This document shows, one piece after another, positions 13,038-27,125 of a stretch of 64,000 nt of DNA (positions within the stretch are counted from its first letter, which is position 1; every line of letters starts with the position of its first letter). The position numbers and the translations under genes are program-made. The notes beneath the pieces are model-generated. The model worked only from the letters and a program-made list of their open reading frames with translations. It had not been told where the DNA came from and ran no database searches. The stretch is from positions 10,540,001-10,604,000 of the forward strand of contig NC_043017.1 in the NCBI RefSeq assembly GCF_006345805.1. Direction: 5' to 3'. Origin of the DNA: Octopus sinensis (taxonomy: Eukaryota).

Positions 13038-13499
13038 TATATTAAAGATCAACTTAGATTGAAGTTGATTGCTTGTTTACAGTGTTATATGGCCAAACTG
13101 ATGCATAATGGGAAAATACTATGAATTAATTCCCTCCTGAAATGTGAATACAAATGGAATAAAACAAGTTTTGCATAAATTAGACAACTGGTTCTTGAGA
13201 TATTAGGGGTTTTGGGGTATAAATACCCAAAGCAGTGCTTAATGGGAAAATACTCCAAAAATAACTGAATTAGACACATTTTGATGGGCAAAAATCTTAG
13301 TGACTTTAACTTGCCAACGAAAAAATATAAGTTGTTTCTATTTTCACTTTTGTTAAGCACAATATTTTAATCACTTAGAAATATTTTTAAGTGAATGTGA
13401 TTTGAACAATGTAAGTTGTTTGTACAGTAAGTATTTATATTTTAGCATTCTTTAAACAGACAATATTTTAGTTTTTTTAAAGTTATTTTGAAGTGAATA

Positions 13500-13760
13500 C
13501 CATGTGTGTATGTGTGTGTGTATGTATATATGTGTGTGTGTGTTTGTAAAATCACACATGCATACACTTTCAAAATCTACCTCCATCACCACCTGATTAC
13601 CACTGTGTATGTATGTATGTATGTATGTGTATATATGTGTGTGCGTGTGTGTATGTATACATGTGTGTGTGTGTGTGTGTATGTATATATGTGTGTGTGT
13701 GTTTGTAAAATCATACATGCATACACTTTCAAAATCTACCTCCATCACCACCTGATTACC
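13500..13760. repeat. Tandem duplication of about 160 bp
   Basis: GTTTGTAAAATCA(C/T)ACATGCATACACTTTCAAAATCTACCTCCATCACCACCTGATTACCAC occurs near 13545 and near 13700. Confidence 0.85.
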
Positions 13761-13856
13761 ACGACATCCACTGTTAAACCACTACCATCATCACCACCAC
13801 CACCACCACCACCAAAACAATGGACAATTGAATACATATCTACATATATGTGCACG

Positions 13857-13887
<31 letters not shown>

Positions 13888-16523
13888 TTTCAAAATGTAC
13901 CACCTGTACCATCGCTGCCACCTTAACGCAACCCTGTTCCCACCACCGCTATCATCACAACCACCATCAGTGGCTTTTAGTTTCATGTGGTACAGGACTC
14001 GGCAACAATTGCTGTGCAGGATTTTAAGGATTAAAAACAAGAGGGGCTTGGTTGATGGTGAGCAGAGAGGCAGCAGGGTATTTGTTACTATACATGTGTC
14101 TATGTGAATATTTCGTTACTGACCAATCATTTGTTGCCTCAGTTAATTAGATAATCTTTGTCTTCTCTTCTACTCTGACCAACATATTGATTTCATAGGC
14201 TGTTGTAACCCTTATATAAGTGGCACCCCTAATTTAGTATTGAATCTTGACACAAACTTTTCCCCTCATCATAGTTTTACTTTGGCCCCGCATACAAATT
14301 GCACCCAAGTTTTTACAGTTAAATTTAAGCCTAAAAATAGTATCACTTACATGTAATTAGATATCAATTGCTTTTTATATATGCTCTAAGCTATTTCAGT
14401 TTTGTGTATATTCTATTTTTATATCTCCTATAAAATATGACATGTATGTTAAATCTGGTATTTGTAATTGATACAATTTTAAATGAAACCAGTCACCTAT
14501 GTGCCATATGTAGTGTGTATACACTTCCTGTAGGCCAGTTACTGCATTATTTGTCCTGATATAACATCTATTATTGACTTGCTGTTGTAAAAACCTAATA
14601 AATATCAGAGAGAAGCAAAAGTTTGTCCCAGCAGAGACCTGTGAGTATGCCAGGTGCATTTCTGACTTTTTGAGGCTTTTACAATGGCACGTGCTTATGG
14701 CTAGCCTCATGCTTGCATTAACTGGACTATCAACAGGGTGTATATATTAAATGATACAGATATATGTTTTATATATATATATATGTGTGTGTGTGTGTTT
14801 TATTTTTCTTCATAAATTGACTATTTAAAAAAAAATGTAAAGGAATTGAATAACATGAGCCTTTAGGAAGTTAGTTTTTGTATTGTGTATGTGTGTGTGT
14901 AACCGCTTTCATTGTTAAATTTTTCCAATGCATTTGTTATGGAGGAAGTTAGTTTTGGTGCTTGCTCACACAATATAAAAACTTCTTTCGCAAAAGGTTT
15001 GGTCATTGTGTTTTTCCAGGATATTTGCTAAATAGGGTATTTTTTAAAGAAAATCATTCTTCAAATACTATCACTGTATCAAGTACTTTTTCCCAAAACC
15101 TTACACACACACACACACACATTTTTATGTTAGTTCTTATGTCAAATTATAATAAAGCAATTTTGCATTAAACTGAAGGATTACCCAATGCTCTGTAGAG
15201 GACATATTTTTTATACTTTTATAAGAAGGTTGATAGTGACTTTGAAGTTTTGGCCTGCTTAGCCTCTATCAGACTGTCTTATGAAGGCCAAAACTTTGAA
15301 GTCACTATCAACACTATTCTTGCAGAGGTATAAGTGATACTAATAACCTGGTGTTAGAACTCGTTATAAATATGATTCAGAAAAAAGGTTAATCAAGTAC
15401 TTAGCTTTGATTAGAGATTATATAAGTGACAAGACAACAAGAAATTATATAACGAACTGTTAAATAATGAAACTCATTACATAATTTATTGTCCCCTTGT
15501 CATTTATATAATCACACACACACACACATATATATTATACTTACACATGCTCACACACACACACACACAGGTTTGGTGGATCTCAAAACACATGTATATA
15601 TAAACACTTTTTAATTAATATTTAGCTGAAACAACAGTGACTCAAGGGCTAAGAGTTTCATATTTGATAAGTGCTAATGCTTGAGACTATATAGACCCAT
15701 GAGTTAGTCATTAGCTTTTGCTAAATCTATAATTACAAAACTGAGAATGTGTGTGCCTGTCTGTTTGTATGTATGTATGCATCACTAAAACTCGATGACT
15801 ACCCAACCATTTTCATTCAAATTTTACATATGCCTTAGGGGTCCATGCAGTGTCATGGGCCCCCAAAAATTTTCAACTTCTTGCCTCCTGCGAGCCTGGA
15901 GCATCTCTTATATCTTCCACTATTTCAGTATTACGTGTAAAAAGTGAAACCATAACATCTCTATTGTAATGTGAGATACTTTCAGTTTAATACTTTCACT
16001 ATTAATAGTGAAGCTATTAAAGGGAAACTATTATATCACATATATACATGCATACACACACACACACACACATACACATATACAAGTATATATGTGTATA
16101 TACATCTACACATATGTATATGTATAGATGTATTTGTATACGTATATATGTAATATCTGTGCATAGATGTATATATATATATAGATTTATATGTGTATAT
16201 GTATATATATGTGTGTGTATATGTATATATATTTACGTATATATATATATATATATATATATATTTACGTATGTATATTTATATGTGTGTGTTTGTGTGT
16301 ATGCATGTATATATGTGTATATTCATGTATTTATATATGTTTATATATATATATATACACGTATATGTGTATATATTGGCCTGCTCGCTTAGCCAGCGGG
16401 GTGGCGTCATTTGAAGGCTAAAACAATGCGAACGCATTGTGACCAGCGATGTGTAACAACATCTGATGGTCTGGTTGGTCACGTGATCATATGTGTATAT
16501 ATATGTATACATATGTGTATGTA

Positions 16524-16583
<60 letters not shown>

Positions 16584-16819
16584 CATGTGTGTATATATAT
16601 ACATATATACATATGTATACATATCTATATGTATGTATGTTTATCTATATGTTTGCATGTATATATATATGTGTATATATATATATTTAAAGCTGCAAAA
16701 TCTTCATGAAACTTTTACTCAGTTTCACATTCCTGTTCATCAGACAGTTGTGATGAATACACACCTGTGCATTTATCCATCATATAAAATATCTTGCATT
16801 TTATGTCACATAAAAATAA

Positions 16820-17338
<519 letters not shown>

Positions 17339-18384
17339 CATTAGACTGTGGCCATGCTGGGGCACCATCTTGAAGAAATTTTAGTTGAATGAAGACCCCA
17401 AGGAAACATTCCACTGGCTCGGGGAACCCCTGTGCAATAATTCAATAGTCTTATGCACACATATCTGCAAGGAAAATTAAAAATTACAGCCGATTTTAGC
17501 AGTTTTGTAACTTCTTGTGGAACCCTTGGACTGTACTGGCGGAACCCTGGTTGAATTCACTGCATTAGACTGTGGCCATGCTGGGGCACCATCTTGAAGA
17601 AATTTTAGTTGAATGAAGACTTACTTTTTAAAGCTTTATACTTATTTTGTCAGTCTCTTTTGCCAAACTGCTAAGTTACAGAGACATAAACACACCAACA
17701 CAGGTTGTGAGACAGTGGTGGGGGACAAACAAAGACACACATATACATTATGGGTTTCTTTCAGTTTCCATTTTACCGAATCCACTCACAAAATTCTGGT
17801 CGGCCCAGAGCTTTAGTAGAAGACACTTGCTCAAGTTGCCATGCAGTGGGACTGAACTCTGAACCATGAGCTTTGGAAGCAAACCCCTTCTACTTCCACT
17901 TTTCCATGCTTGCCTGGGTCAGGTTGAATTTGTTAATACAGATTTTCTATGGCTAGATGCCCTTCCTGTCACCAAATCCTTACTTCTTTCCAGACAATCT
18001 AATGTTTCCCCATGGCAAGACATGTTTTTTTAAGGAAGATTGGAAACAAGAGACCCAGGTTGTGTGATGATGATGATGATGATGCTTACCTACAACTCAC
18101 TAGTGCACAATATCAAGACATAGAGTACACACACAAATGTGGCATGCTTCTTTCAGTTTCCATCTTCCAAATCTACTCACAAGCTTTTAGTTGGCCTGGG
18201 GCTATAATAGAAGACGCCCAAAGTGCCATGTGGTGGGACTGAACCTGGAACCATGTGGTTGGAAAGCAAGCTTTACACAGTCACATTCCACCAGTTTTAA
18301 TTAATTTTGAAATTAATCAAGAATTTTGAGGTGACATAGTAAAATAATTAACTGTTTTTCTTATATTAATAAAGTGTCTATTAT

Positions 18385-18596
18385 GGTGGGTTGGCAGAAT
18401 TGGTAGAGCATTGAACCAAATGCCTTGTGGTATTTGTTTTAGCTCTTAACATTCTGAGTTCAAATCTCACTGGATTCAACTTTGCTTTTATCCTTTTGGG
18501 GTTAATGAAATAAGAACCAGCTAAACACTAGGGTCAGTGGAATTGACTAGCCCCTCCCATCCCAAATTTCAGGCCTTGTGCCTATTGTAGAAAGGG

Positions 18597-18625
<29 letters not shown>
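18385..18625 (+). mobile_element. SINE family C (tRNA-like head, GCCTTTCATCCTTTCGGGGTCGATAA-type central domain, ATT tail)
   Basis: TGGCAGAAT...CTGAGTTCAAAT...CCAAATTTCAGGCCTTGTGCCT...ATTATT; many homologues. Confidence 0.75.
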
Positions 18626-18628
<3 letters not shown>

Positions 18629-18686
18629 TAGTTTTATTTTTATAGCGTGCTTTCACTTCTGTGTGCCTTGGGTATTATTATTATTA

Positions 18687-18735
<49 letters not shown>

Positions 18736-18785
18736 CATTATAATTATTGCTATTATTATTATTATCATTATAATTATTGTTATTA

Positions 18786-18822
<37 letters not shown>

Positions 18823-18885
18823 CATCATTATTATTATTATTATTATTTATTATCATTATTATTATTATTATTATTATTATCATCA
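18598..18885. repeat. (ATT)n microsatellite array
   Basis: Direct inspection; source of the poly-I/Y/N ORFs. Confidence 0.95.
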
Positions 18886-19315
18886 GTTGAATATCTTGGA
18901 AGTACCCTTTAAGAGTACCCTTGGCTATGAAATGTTAGATTCGATAAATTAAGTACCAGTTACACACTGGGGGTCGATGTAATCAACTTACTCTCTTTGT
19001 CTGTCCTTGTTTGTCCCCTCTATTTTTTAGCCCCTTGTGGGCAATAAAGAAATAAGGGGAGAATGAGAATAAAGCCTTGGTGAACTCCTGCCTGCTCCCT
19101 ATATTCGTTGCTGACCTCCACCTCACTGACGGCATCCCTGTCCATTTGCTTAGATGGCTCTCCCCTGCCACTCGTCTACCCCTCGCTTCTGCAGTGACCA
19201 CTTGATGAGGGAGCAAAGGACTCTCTGAAAGGCTTTCTCTATATTGACAAAAGCCAAGCATAGCAGTCCCTTGCCGGTGGGGGGGGGGCTTTTTCACTCC
19301 TAACCCAACAATTGC

Positions 19316-19343
19316 CATCACTACTACCACTACTACTACCACC

Positions 19344-19387
<44 letters not shown>

Positions 19388-19391
19388 GACC

Positions 19392-19423
<32 letters not shown>

Positions 19424-19520
19424 TACAACTACTACCACTACCACGACTACTACTACTACCACCACCACGACTACTACTACTATTACCACCACCACGACTA
19501 CTACTACTACTACTACAAAG
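19316..19520. repeat. (ACT/ACC/ACG)n trinucleotide array
   Basis: Direct inspection; source of the poly-V ORF. Confidence 0.95.
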
Positions 19521-19794
19521 CATTAATTCTGCCACCATTACCACCATCACTACCACCACACTCACCACTATCAATACCACCACTGTCATCTTTGATATAG
19601 TCATCACATGCACCCTCCCCATCACATACACTCTCACCAGACACACACACATACACAACACCCGCCTATACACTAATCTCTAAACTGCAACATTTCAAGC
19701 AAAACCAGTGACCGCACTAACCCTTTCTCTCTTTCTCCCTCTCACACATTGCCTCTGTGTGTGTGTGTGTATATAGCTACTAGTTCTATGCCTA

Positions 19795-19941
19795 TAACAC
19801 GCATACACACACACACACATGTAAGCACACATACACACGCACACATGTAAGCACGCATACACACACACACACACACATGTAAGCACGCATACACACACAC
19901 ACATGTAAGCACGCATACACACACACACACATGTAAGCACG

Positions 19942-19979
<38 letters not shown>

Positions 19980-19980
19980 G
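19795..19980. repeat. Minisatellite (CA)n-TGTAAGCACGCATA, about 5 units
   Basis: ACATGTAAGCAC repeated five times between CA runs. Confidence 0.85.
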
Positions 19981-20534
19981 GTACGTGTGAACACACAACA
20001 GCCTGAGAAAGCTATGGGCACTGCCCCTTCTCCCTTCTCTTTTCTACTCAAACTAAGTAGGTACTAAAGAACTTTGTACAAATATATTGATTGATTGATC
20101 TATTGATTGTGTTTCGTGCACTCTTTTATTGTGTGCCTGCGTCCATATACACACATCTGCGTGTGTGTGACTATGTATTTGCATCAGTGTGTGAGGCTTG
20201 CGTGTGTGCATATGTCTGCGGTGTCTGTGTCTGTGTCTGTGCTCTGTGTGTGTGGGTGTGGGTGTGTGTGATATGCTTTGATCTTGTTTACATAATATAA
20301 AGATAAAATGACATCAAACACTGGTCATTTTCTCTTTGCTCAGAACATTTCTATGGTCAGTGTGAAGTGAGAGAGAGAGAGAATTAGATGAAGAGAGAGG
20401 GGTAGAGAGAGAGAGAGAGAGAGAGAAAGAAAGAGCAATAAAGGATGGTGGCTGCGGTGACGGTGATAGTATTGGTGACAGTGAACAGGATGGTGATGAT
20501 GATGATAGTGATTATGGTGCTGGTGGTAACCGCA

Positions 20535-20820
20535 ATGAACTGTGCTCTCCTATGGTACCTCCTTACAACTAGCTCTATCTCCCTGCGGTACCAACTTACA
20601 GCTAGCTGTACCTCCCTGTGGTATCTGCTTACAGCTAGACAGACTGTCACTGAGGTACACTATTGTACCCACATATAGCCGTGAACTATACCACCCTGTG
20701 GTACTACTTAAAGCTACATGGACTGTCCCTCACTGTGGTGCACTATAAGTACCTGTGCATAACTGTGAACTGTACCACCCTATCAACTACATGGACTGTC
20801 TCTCTGTAATACCTACATAC
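20535..20820. repeat. Diverged minisatellite, about 33-bp unit
   Basis: CTCCCTG(T/C)GGTA..CTTACAGCTAGCT units decaying rightwards. Confidence 0.6.
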
Positions 20821-21577
20821 AAGAGAGAACTGCCTATACAGTAGACCAACACATAGAACAGTCCGTCTAGCTGTGTAAATGGTATTGGTCACCCCAAGGA
20901 TATAGAAGACATGTTCTGTATAGTGGGACTGAACCTGGAACCACAGGGTTCAGAAACAAGCTTCATAACCACATAGCCATGCCACTCTCTCGCATCATAA
21001 TAGTGCTTACATTAAGTGTATGAAATTGGTTTGCAGTGCCCCGTAAAAACGCCCATGTCAGTGCCATGTTAAAAGCTCCCCCAGTACACTCTGTTAAGTG
21101 GTTGGCATTAGGAAGGGCATCTAGCCATAGAAACCATGCCAAAATGGGCAAAATAGAGCCCCGGCAGTTTTCTAGCTGGCCAGCATAGGAAATCGACATT
21201 GAATAATGATGATGATGATTTGAAAATATCAAGTTAAAATAAAAGTCTAACTTCATTAATAGAGTGAAATAGATGATACTACTACAGTGTTTGAAACTTT
21301 TAATTTTACAAAACATTCAACATTTTGCCTACCAAGTCCATTTTGTGTCCTACTTTCTTTTGCAGTCTAAATTTTTTTTTTATAAATTATGCATTTAAAA
21401 GTCTTTTGAACCAAGTATAATGTTCTAGTTTATTATATAAACTACTGCATTGATTTATAGCATGGATATCACCCGTTGACTCCCGCAGTACAGAACAAAT
21501 ATTATATTCGTTATGTACTGCAGGGATCACCAGTGATATCCACGGTTGGCAAAATGTTAAATGAATTAATGTACACT

Positions 21578-21800
21578 TACTCTTTACTCTTTACTCTTTT
21601 ACTTGTTTCAGTCATTTGACTGCGGCCATGCTGGAGCACTGCCTTTAGTCGAGCAAATCGACCCCGGAACTTATTCTTTGTAAGCCCAGTACTTATTCTA
21701 TCGGTCTCTTTTGCCGAACCGCTAAATGACGGGGACGTAAACACACCAGCATCGGTTGTCAAGCAATGCTGGGGCGACAAACACAGACACACAAACATAT

Positions 21801-21844
<44 letters not shown>

Positions 21845-21997
21845 GACAGGCTTCTTTCAGTTTCCGTCTACCAAATCCACTCACAAGGCATTGGTCGGCC
21901 CGGGGCTATAGCAGAAGACACTTGCCCAAGATGCCACGCAGTGGGACTGAACCCGGAACCATGTGGTTCGTAAGCAAGCCACTTACCACACAGCCGA
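21578..21997 (-). mobile_element. SINE family A, young copy with (AAAGAGT)n tail
   Basis: High identity to other family A copies; tail reads TTACTCTTTACTCTTTACTC on +. Confidence 0.9.
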
Positions 21998-22708
21998 GCA
22001 TTTATTATTTGTTTTTTCACATTTAAAATGGCATCAGGTTTACATTTAATGCTGTTTGCAGATTTTTCACTTAGAAGTTAGGCCTCTTTTTTTTTATACT
22101 CATTCATAAATATTTTTTCAACTTTAAAGATTGCATTTGTCTGGAGTATAGAAAGTGTGTATAACAGACTTGCAGTTGTACCTCTTTGGAGTTTTTTTCT
22201 ATCTTTATCTGCCTCTTGTGAGCAGCCTTGTATCTTCTCTATTGTAAGAAACCTATCCTGGCCCCTTTTATTACCTGGCAGAAAGCCAACTCCCTCTCCA
22301 CTGAAGTCCCACTCGGTCAAAAAGGGTCTTAATCTTGCAAGTGGTGATCACACTTGTATTGATTGGTACCACGAAAAAGGTACCCTGAGTATCCAGGTCC
22401 AGGAACAATGCTTCAAGCAGACATTGGAGCATGTCCACAGTTCTTTGTCTCTTCAGATTGTCTTGATGCATCTAACCCCTGCTGCCATATAAGATGGACA
22501 TCAAAAGATGATGATAATGCTGATGATGGGGGTTTTTTCCCAGCTTTAAAGATTCCATGTGCAGTAATTTTGGATGTAATATGTACATGTGATAGACTTT
22601 TAATCATATCTCTTGATTTAATGGAATTATCTTTCAATTTTTGAAGTCACCTGCAAACAATCTTTATTTTTTTCCCTTTCACATTTATCAGCTTTTAGAG
22701 TACAAACA

Positions 22709-23220
22709 TTTAATCCTTTCAATGCCAGTCCAGCCAGGACCACCTCTTATTATATTGTACAAACTTCCTGCTTTAAACTGATCTCAATGAAAAACTTCCA
22801 TCAAAATTTCATCTAAATTTACATTCCAAACAACAGCTTAATAACAACAAAGTTATTTTACTAAATTCTTTGTGATTTTAAAAATTAATTGAAAAAAATG
22901 TATATTTCAACAGAAATATGGTGACAAAAGGGTTAAATTAGAATCTCCCATTAAAATTTTATATTCATTTATGTTCCAAACATCAGCTTAACAGTTTTGC
23001 TACCCAATTTCTGTGGCAATACATTGCCTTTTAATTAATTTTTAAAATAACAAAGAATTTAGTAAAATATGTTTCTTTTTCGTTATTTAAATGGTGTTTG
23101 GAACACAAATTGATCTGGAATTTTGATGGAAGTTTTTAATTTAGATCACTTGAAAACAGGAAGCTTGCATCATAGAACCAGCAAGGATGGTTGTGAGTGG
23201 GTCGGTGTTAAAAGGGTTAA
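22709..23220. mobile_element. Two inverted copies of a TTAA-bounded (piggyBac-like) MITE
   Basis: TTAATCCTTT...AAAGGGTTAA (22709-22936) and an opposite-orientation copy ending AAAAGGGTTAA at 23220; shared AAACTTCCATCAAAATT and TTTTACTAAATTCTTTGT blocks. Confidence 0.6.
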
Positions 23221-23630
23221 TAGGGACAAATTTTTTTCAATAATTTCTTCTTTCTCTTTAAAATCAATTGAAACAAAGGCTGTATATTTCAGTAGAACTA
23301 TGGTAACAAAAGAGTTAAATACCAAACTGTCTGTTCTTCATCCACAACAGACTCTCTTCCACAATTCAGGAAATTGTGACAAGTTAACAACAACAATAAT
23401 AACGATAATAATAATAATCCTTTCTACTATAGGCATAAGGCCTGAAATTTTGGGGAATTGACCTAGCTGATCACATTAACCCCAGTACTTGACTGGTACT
23501 TACTTTATCAACCCCGAAAGGATGAAAGGCAAAATCAACCTCAGCAGAATTTGAACTCAGAACATAGTGACAAACAAAATACTGCTAAGCATTTTGCCCA
23601 GCATGCTAACAATTCTGCCAGCTCACTTCC

Positions 23631-23681
<51 letters not shown>

Positions 23682-23695
23682 GTAGTAGTAGCAGT

Positions 23696-23730
<35 letters not shown>

Positions 23731-25314
23731 TAGTAGTAACAACAACAACAACGACTCATTAAGTCCCAGAGTATTTAAATTTCTGAATATTAGTTTTAAA
23801 TTTTTACAGATGATTAAAAATAGGTTAAAATGAAAAATGTAATTATTAAAACACCCTTTACTTCAAGTAGAAATGGAAATATTCGGTGTCCTTATAAACA
23901 GGACACTGTGACAATATGATATAGCTTATTTAGTGTCCTGTTTACAGGGCAGTGGGACTTAATGGGTTAATAATGGAATTACAACCGTGTTTCGTGGTCT
24001 GCTACCACAACAGCTCCTTTATAGGATCCAGTTAGCTCAAGACATCATCAGGAGGAACCACGTCCAGCTTCGGCCCCTACCCCTCTACCGTTTTGACGTG
24101 GCGGGGCCCCCACTTTCAGAGGTGTCTTCAGCTCTGGTGTTGGGTGCATGTCTTCTTTCTTCTGTTCCCTGGCCTCTCTGATGTATCGTCAGCGAGTGTC
24201 AGCCGGTGACTGACTGACTTGTCAAATTTTTCCCTTTAAATACCTGCCGCTAGGCTTCAGCAAGCAGCCCCAGCAAGTTGTCACGTGACACTGTCTCACC
24301 TTAACTGACTAGTGAAAGCACATAGTCTTAGCCTGTGCATTTTCTAAACGACCGTCACCTATCAGTCAGCAAAGCTGATTCAGTGTCAGCTTGTCTCACC
24401 TAGTGATGTTATTTCCTGCCGGCATGTTATGACTTTCAAGCCATTTTCGGTCTTCCTGCTTCAGCCATATATAGAAGCTGGCTTTATAATAATAATAATT
24501 GTTTCTACTAAAGGTACAAGGCCTGGAATTTGGGGAAGTAGACTAGTTAATTACATCAACCCCAGTGTTCAGTTGGTACTTATTTCTTTGGCTCCTGAAA
24601 AAAATGAAAAGCAAAGCCAACCTTGGTGGGGTTTGAACTCAGAACCTAAAGAGCTGAAAGAAATTCTGTGGCGCATTTTCTGATGCTCTAATGATTCTGC
24701 CAGCTTGCTGTCGTTCTTTCCTTCCTTTCTTGCATGCATCGTGAAGATGAAGGTGTAGTGAGCTTTGTTCAGAACCATGAAGTACCACCAAACTGCTGCA
24801 AGCTAAATGAAAGAGAGAGCCTCTACATGGTTGCCCAAACTGCTGGAAATAGCAGCCAAACCTTCATCAAATTACTACTTTTTTTTTCTTTTTTTCTGTT
24901 GCCAAACAGGTCACATTAGATAATTTGTACTCCTAGATATACACTGAATATAGAAGACAAGATGATTAGGGCTGTGATGCCTTTAATTATGGGCCTGCTC
25001 TATCCAGACTGACCTGGGACTAAATAACAACAGCTACCACCAAAAGCAATTGGTGTAGGTTGTGGGTTCAATATTTGGTAGCGTCACCGTTTTGGTTGTG
25101 GGCCTCTTGACTGCTTGATACAAGATATGATGAGTTTTCGGTAAACTGCTGTTGGAAGAAAGTTAAGAAAGTTCGTTGACCTGATACATATATATATAGA
25201 TATAGATATAGATATAGATATGTACATGCACACATATATATGTGGGTTTGTGTGTGTGTATGTATACACACACGCACGCACATATGTATATGCATACACA
25301 CACATGCTCACACA

Positions 25315-25371
<57 letters not shown>

Positions 25372-25480
25372 GCACACACATACATATATTTATATATATT
25401 TATATGTATATATACATATGTACATACATACATACATATTATCTATATCTAAACACACACACACACATGCATACATACAT

Positions 25481-25499
25481 ATCCTTGTTGCTTATTTTG

Positions 25500-25531
<32 letters not shown>

Positions 25532-25554
25532 ATATATCAAAATAAGCAACAAGG

Positions 25555-25587
<33 letters not shown>

Positions 25588-25616
25588 ATGTATATATATC
25601 AAAATAAGCAACAAGG

Positions 25617-25648
<32 letters not shown>

Positions 25649-25734
25649 ATATATCAAAATAAGCAACAAGGATTATATATATATATATTATATATATATA
25701 TATATATGTATATATATCAAAATAAGCAACAAGG

Positions 25735-25760
<26 letters not shown>
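25481..25760. repeat. (TA)n-spaced array: one inverted and four direct copies of TATCAAAATAAGCAACAAGGAT
   Basis: Inverted copy at 25481-25502; direct copies near 25535, 25597, 25652 and 25715. Confidence 0.9.
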
Positions 25761-25765
<5 letters not shown>

Positions 25766-26161
25766 TGTTCTGTTTACCTTGTCTAGAAACAAGGCTTCCG
25801 CTGTTATAACCGCACCACCACCGTCGGCGCCATAACCATTACTACTACTTCCTTTCAAAAGTTGAAATAATGGTTTCTCTGGCACAAAGCACCAACTTTG
25901 TAGGGTTTGGGGGACAAGGGTTAGTGAGGGTGGGTGGGTTGTATTTGATCAAATTGATCCGCTGATATGACTGGTACCAATTTTCTTTTTCTTACCTTCC
26001 CCACCACCATTACCACCACATCCTGGTACTTATTCTATCAACCCCCGAAAGAATGAAAGGCAAAGCTGACCTCGGCGAAATTTGAACTCAGAATGTGAAG
26101 ACAGATGAAATGCCTCTAAGTATTTTGCCTGGTGTGCTAACAACTCTTCCAGCTCAACACT

Positions 26162-26195
<34 letters not shown>

Positions 26196-26699
26196 CCCTG
26201 GTGCAGTACCAGGCAGTGGCTCTCCTGGCTTCTCAGTGTTATCATGTACATTGTTTTGTTTTGGTATAAAAGATGGCCTACAGTAAATATTCTGCTCAAT
26301 ACCACAGATTTGCTTGTCATTCGTTTGACCTTAACCAGTTGAGCATGTCCCTTAGTGGCTGACAATATGTGCATCTCTGATCAGGAGTTGAAGTAGTTGG
26401 GGAGCATCATAGCCATGTGTCGAGAGGAATTCTATGGGGTTTGAATAATTTACCTTTGGAAACATGGGTGTTTCGTTCGACATCCTTAAACAAACCTTAT
26501 TCAGGGACCTTTTGAGCAGGATGGGCCACTTGATCTGAAGAAAATTCTCACTGAGCCCCACCTGCAAGGTCATGTGCTGTTTATCTTGATATGAGATCAC
26601 CATGTCATGTACATATGGTTGTGATGCATGTGATGGGTATAGTGGGCTTCGTATATTTGTACCCCAGTGTCACATTGATGGCATGTGCTGCTTTCTCAT

Positions 26700-27125
26700 T
26701 CAATAATAATAATAATAATAATCCTTTCTACTAAAGGCACAAGGCCTGAAATTTTGGGGAGGAGGATAGTCAGTTACATCAGCCCCAGTATGTAACTGGT
26801 ACTTATTTTATCGACCCCGGTGGCATTTGAACTCAGAACGTAAAGACAGATGAAATACTGCTAAGCATTTCACTTAGCATGCTAACAATTCTATTTCTTT
26901 ACTACCCACAAGGGGCTAAACACAGAGAGGACAAACAAGGACAGACAAACGGATTAAGTCGATTATATCGACCCCAGTGCATAACTGGTACTTATTTAAT
27001 CGACCCCGAAAGGATGAAAGGCAAAGTCGACCTCGGCGGAATTTGAACCCAGAACGTAACGGTAGACGAAACACGGCTACGCATTTTGCCCGGCGTGCTA
27101 ACGTTTCTGCCAGCTCGCCGCCTTT
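26700..27125 (-). mobile_element. Two adjacent family C SINEs with different 3' tails
   Basis: Both carry the ATCGACCCCGAAAGGATGAAAGGC-type core (partly deleted in the first); tails differ. Confidence 0.75.

Noticed and set aside
18640-19683. Poly-Ile/Tyr/Asn/Val/Ser ORFs
   Set aside because: Trinucleotide microsatellites with no domain or splice context.
22078-22644. Overlapping 66-111 aa ORFs in unique-looking sequence
   Set aside because: No recognisable motif or consistent splice sites; possibly a decayed element but I cannot assign it.
25481-25760. Repeat-spacer array resembling CRISPR
   Set aside because: Spacers are (TA)n, the context is eukaryotic, and there are no cas genes.
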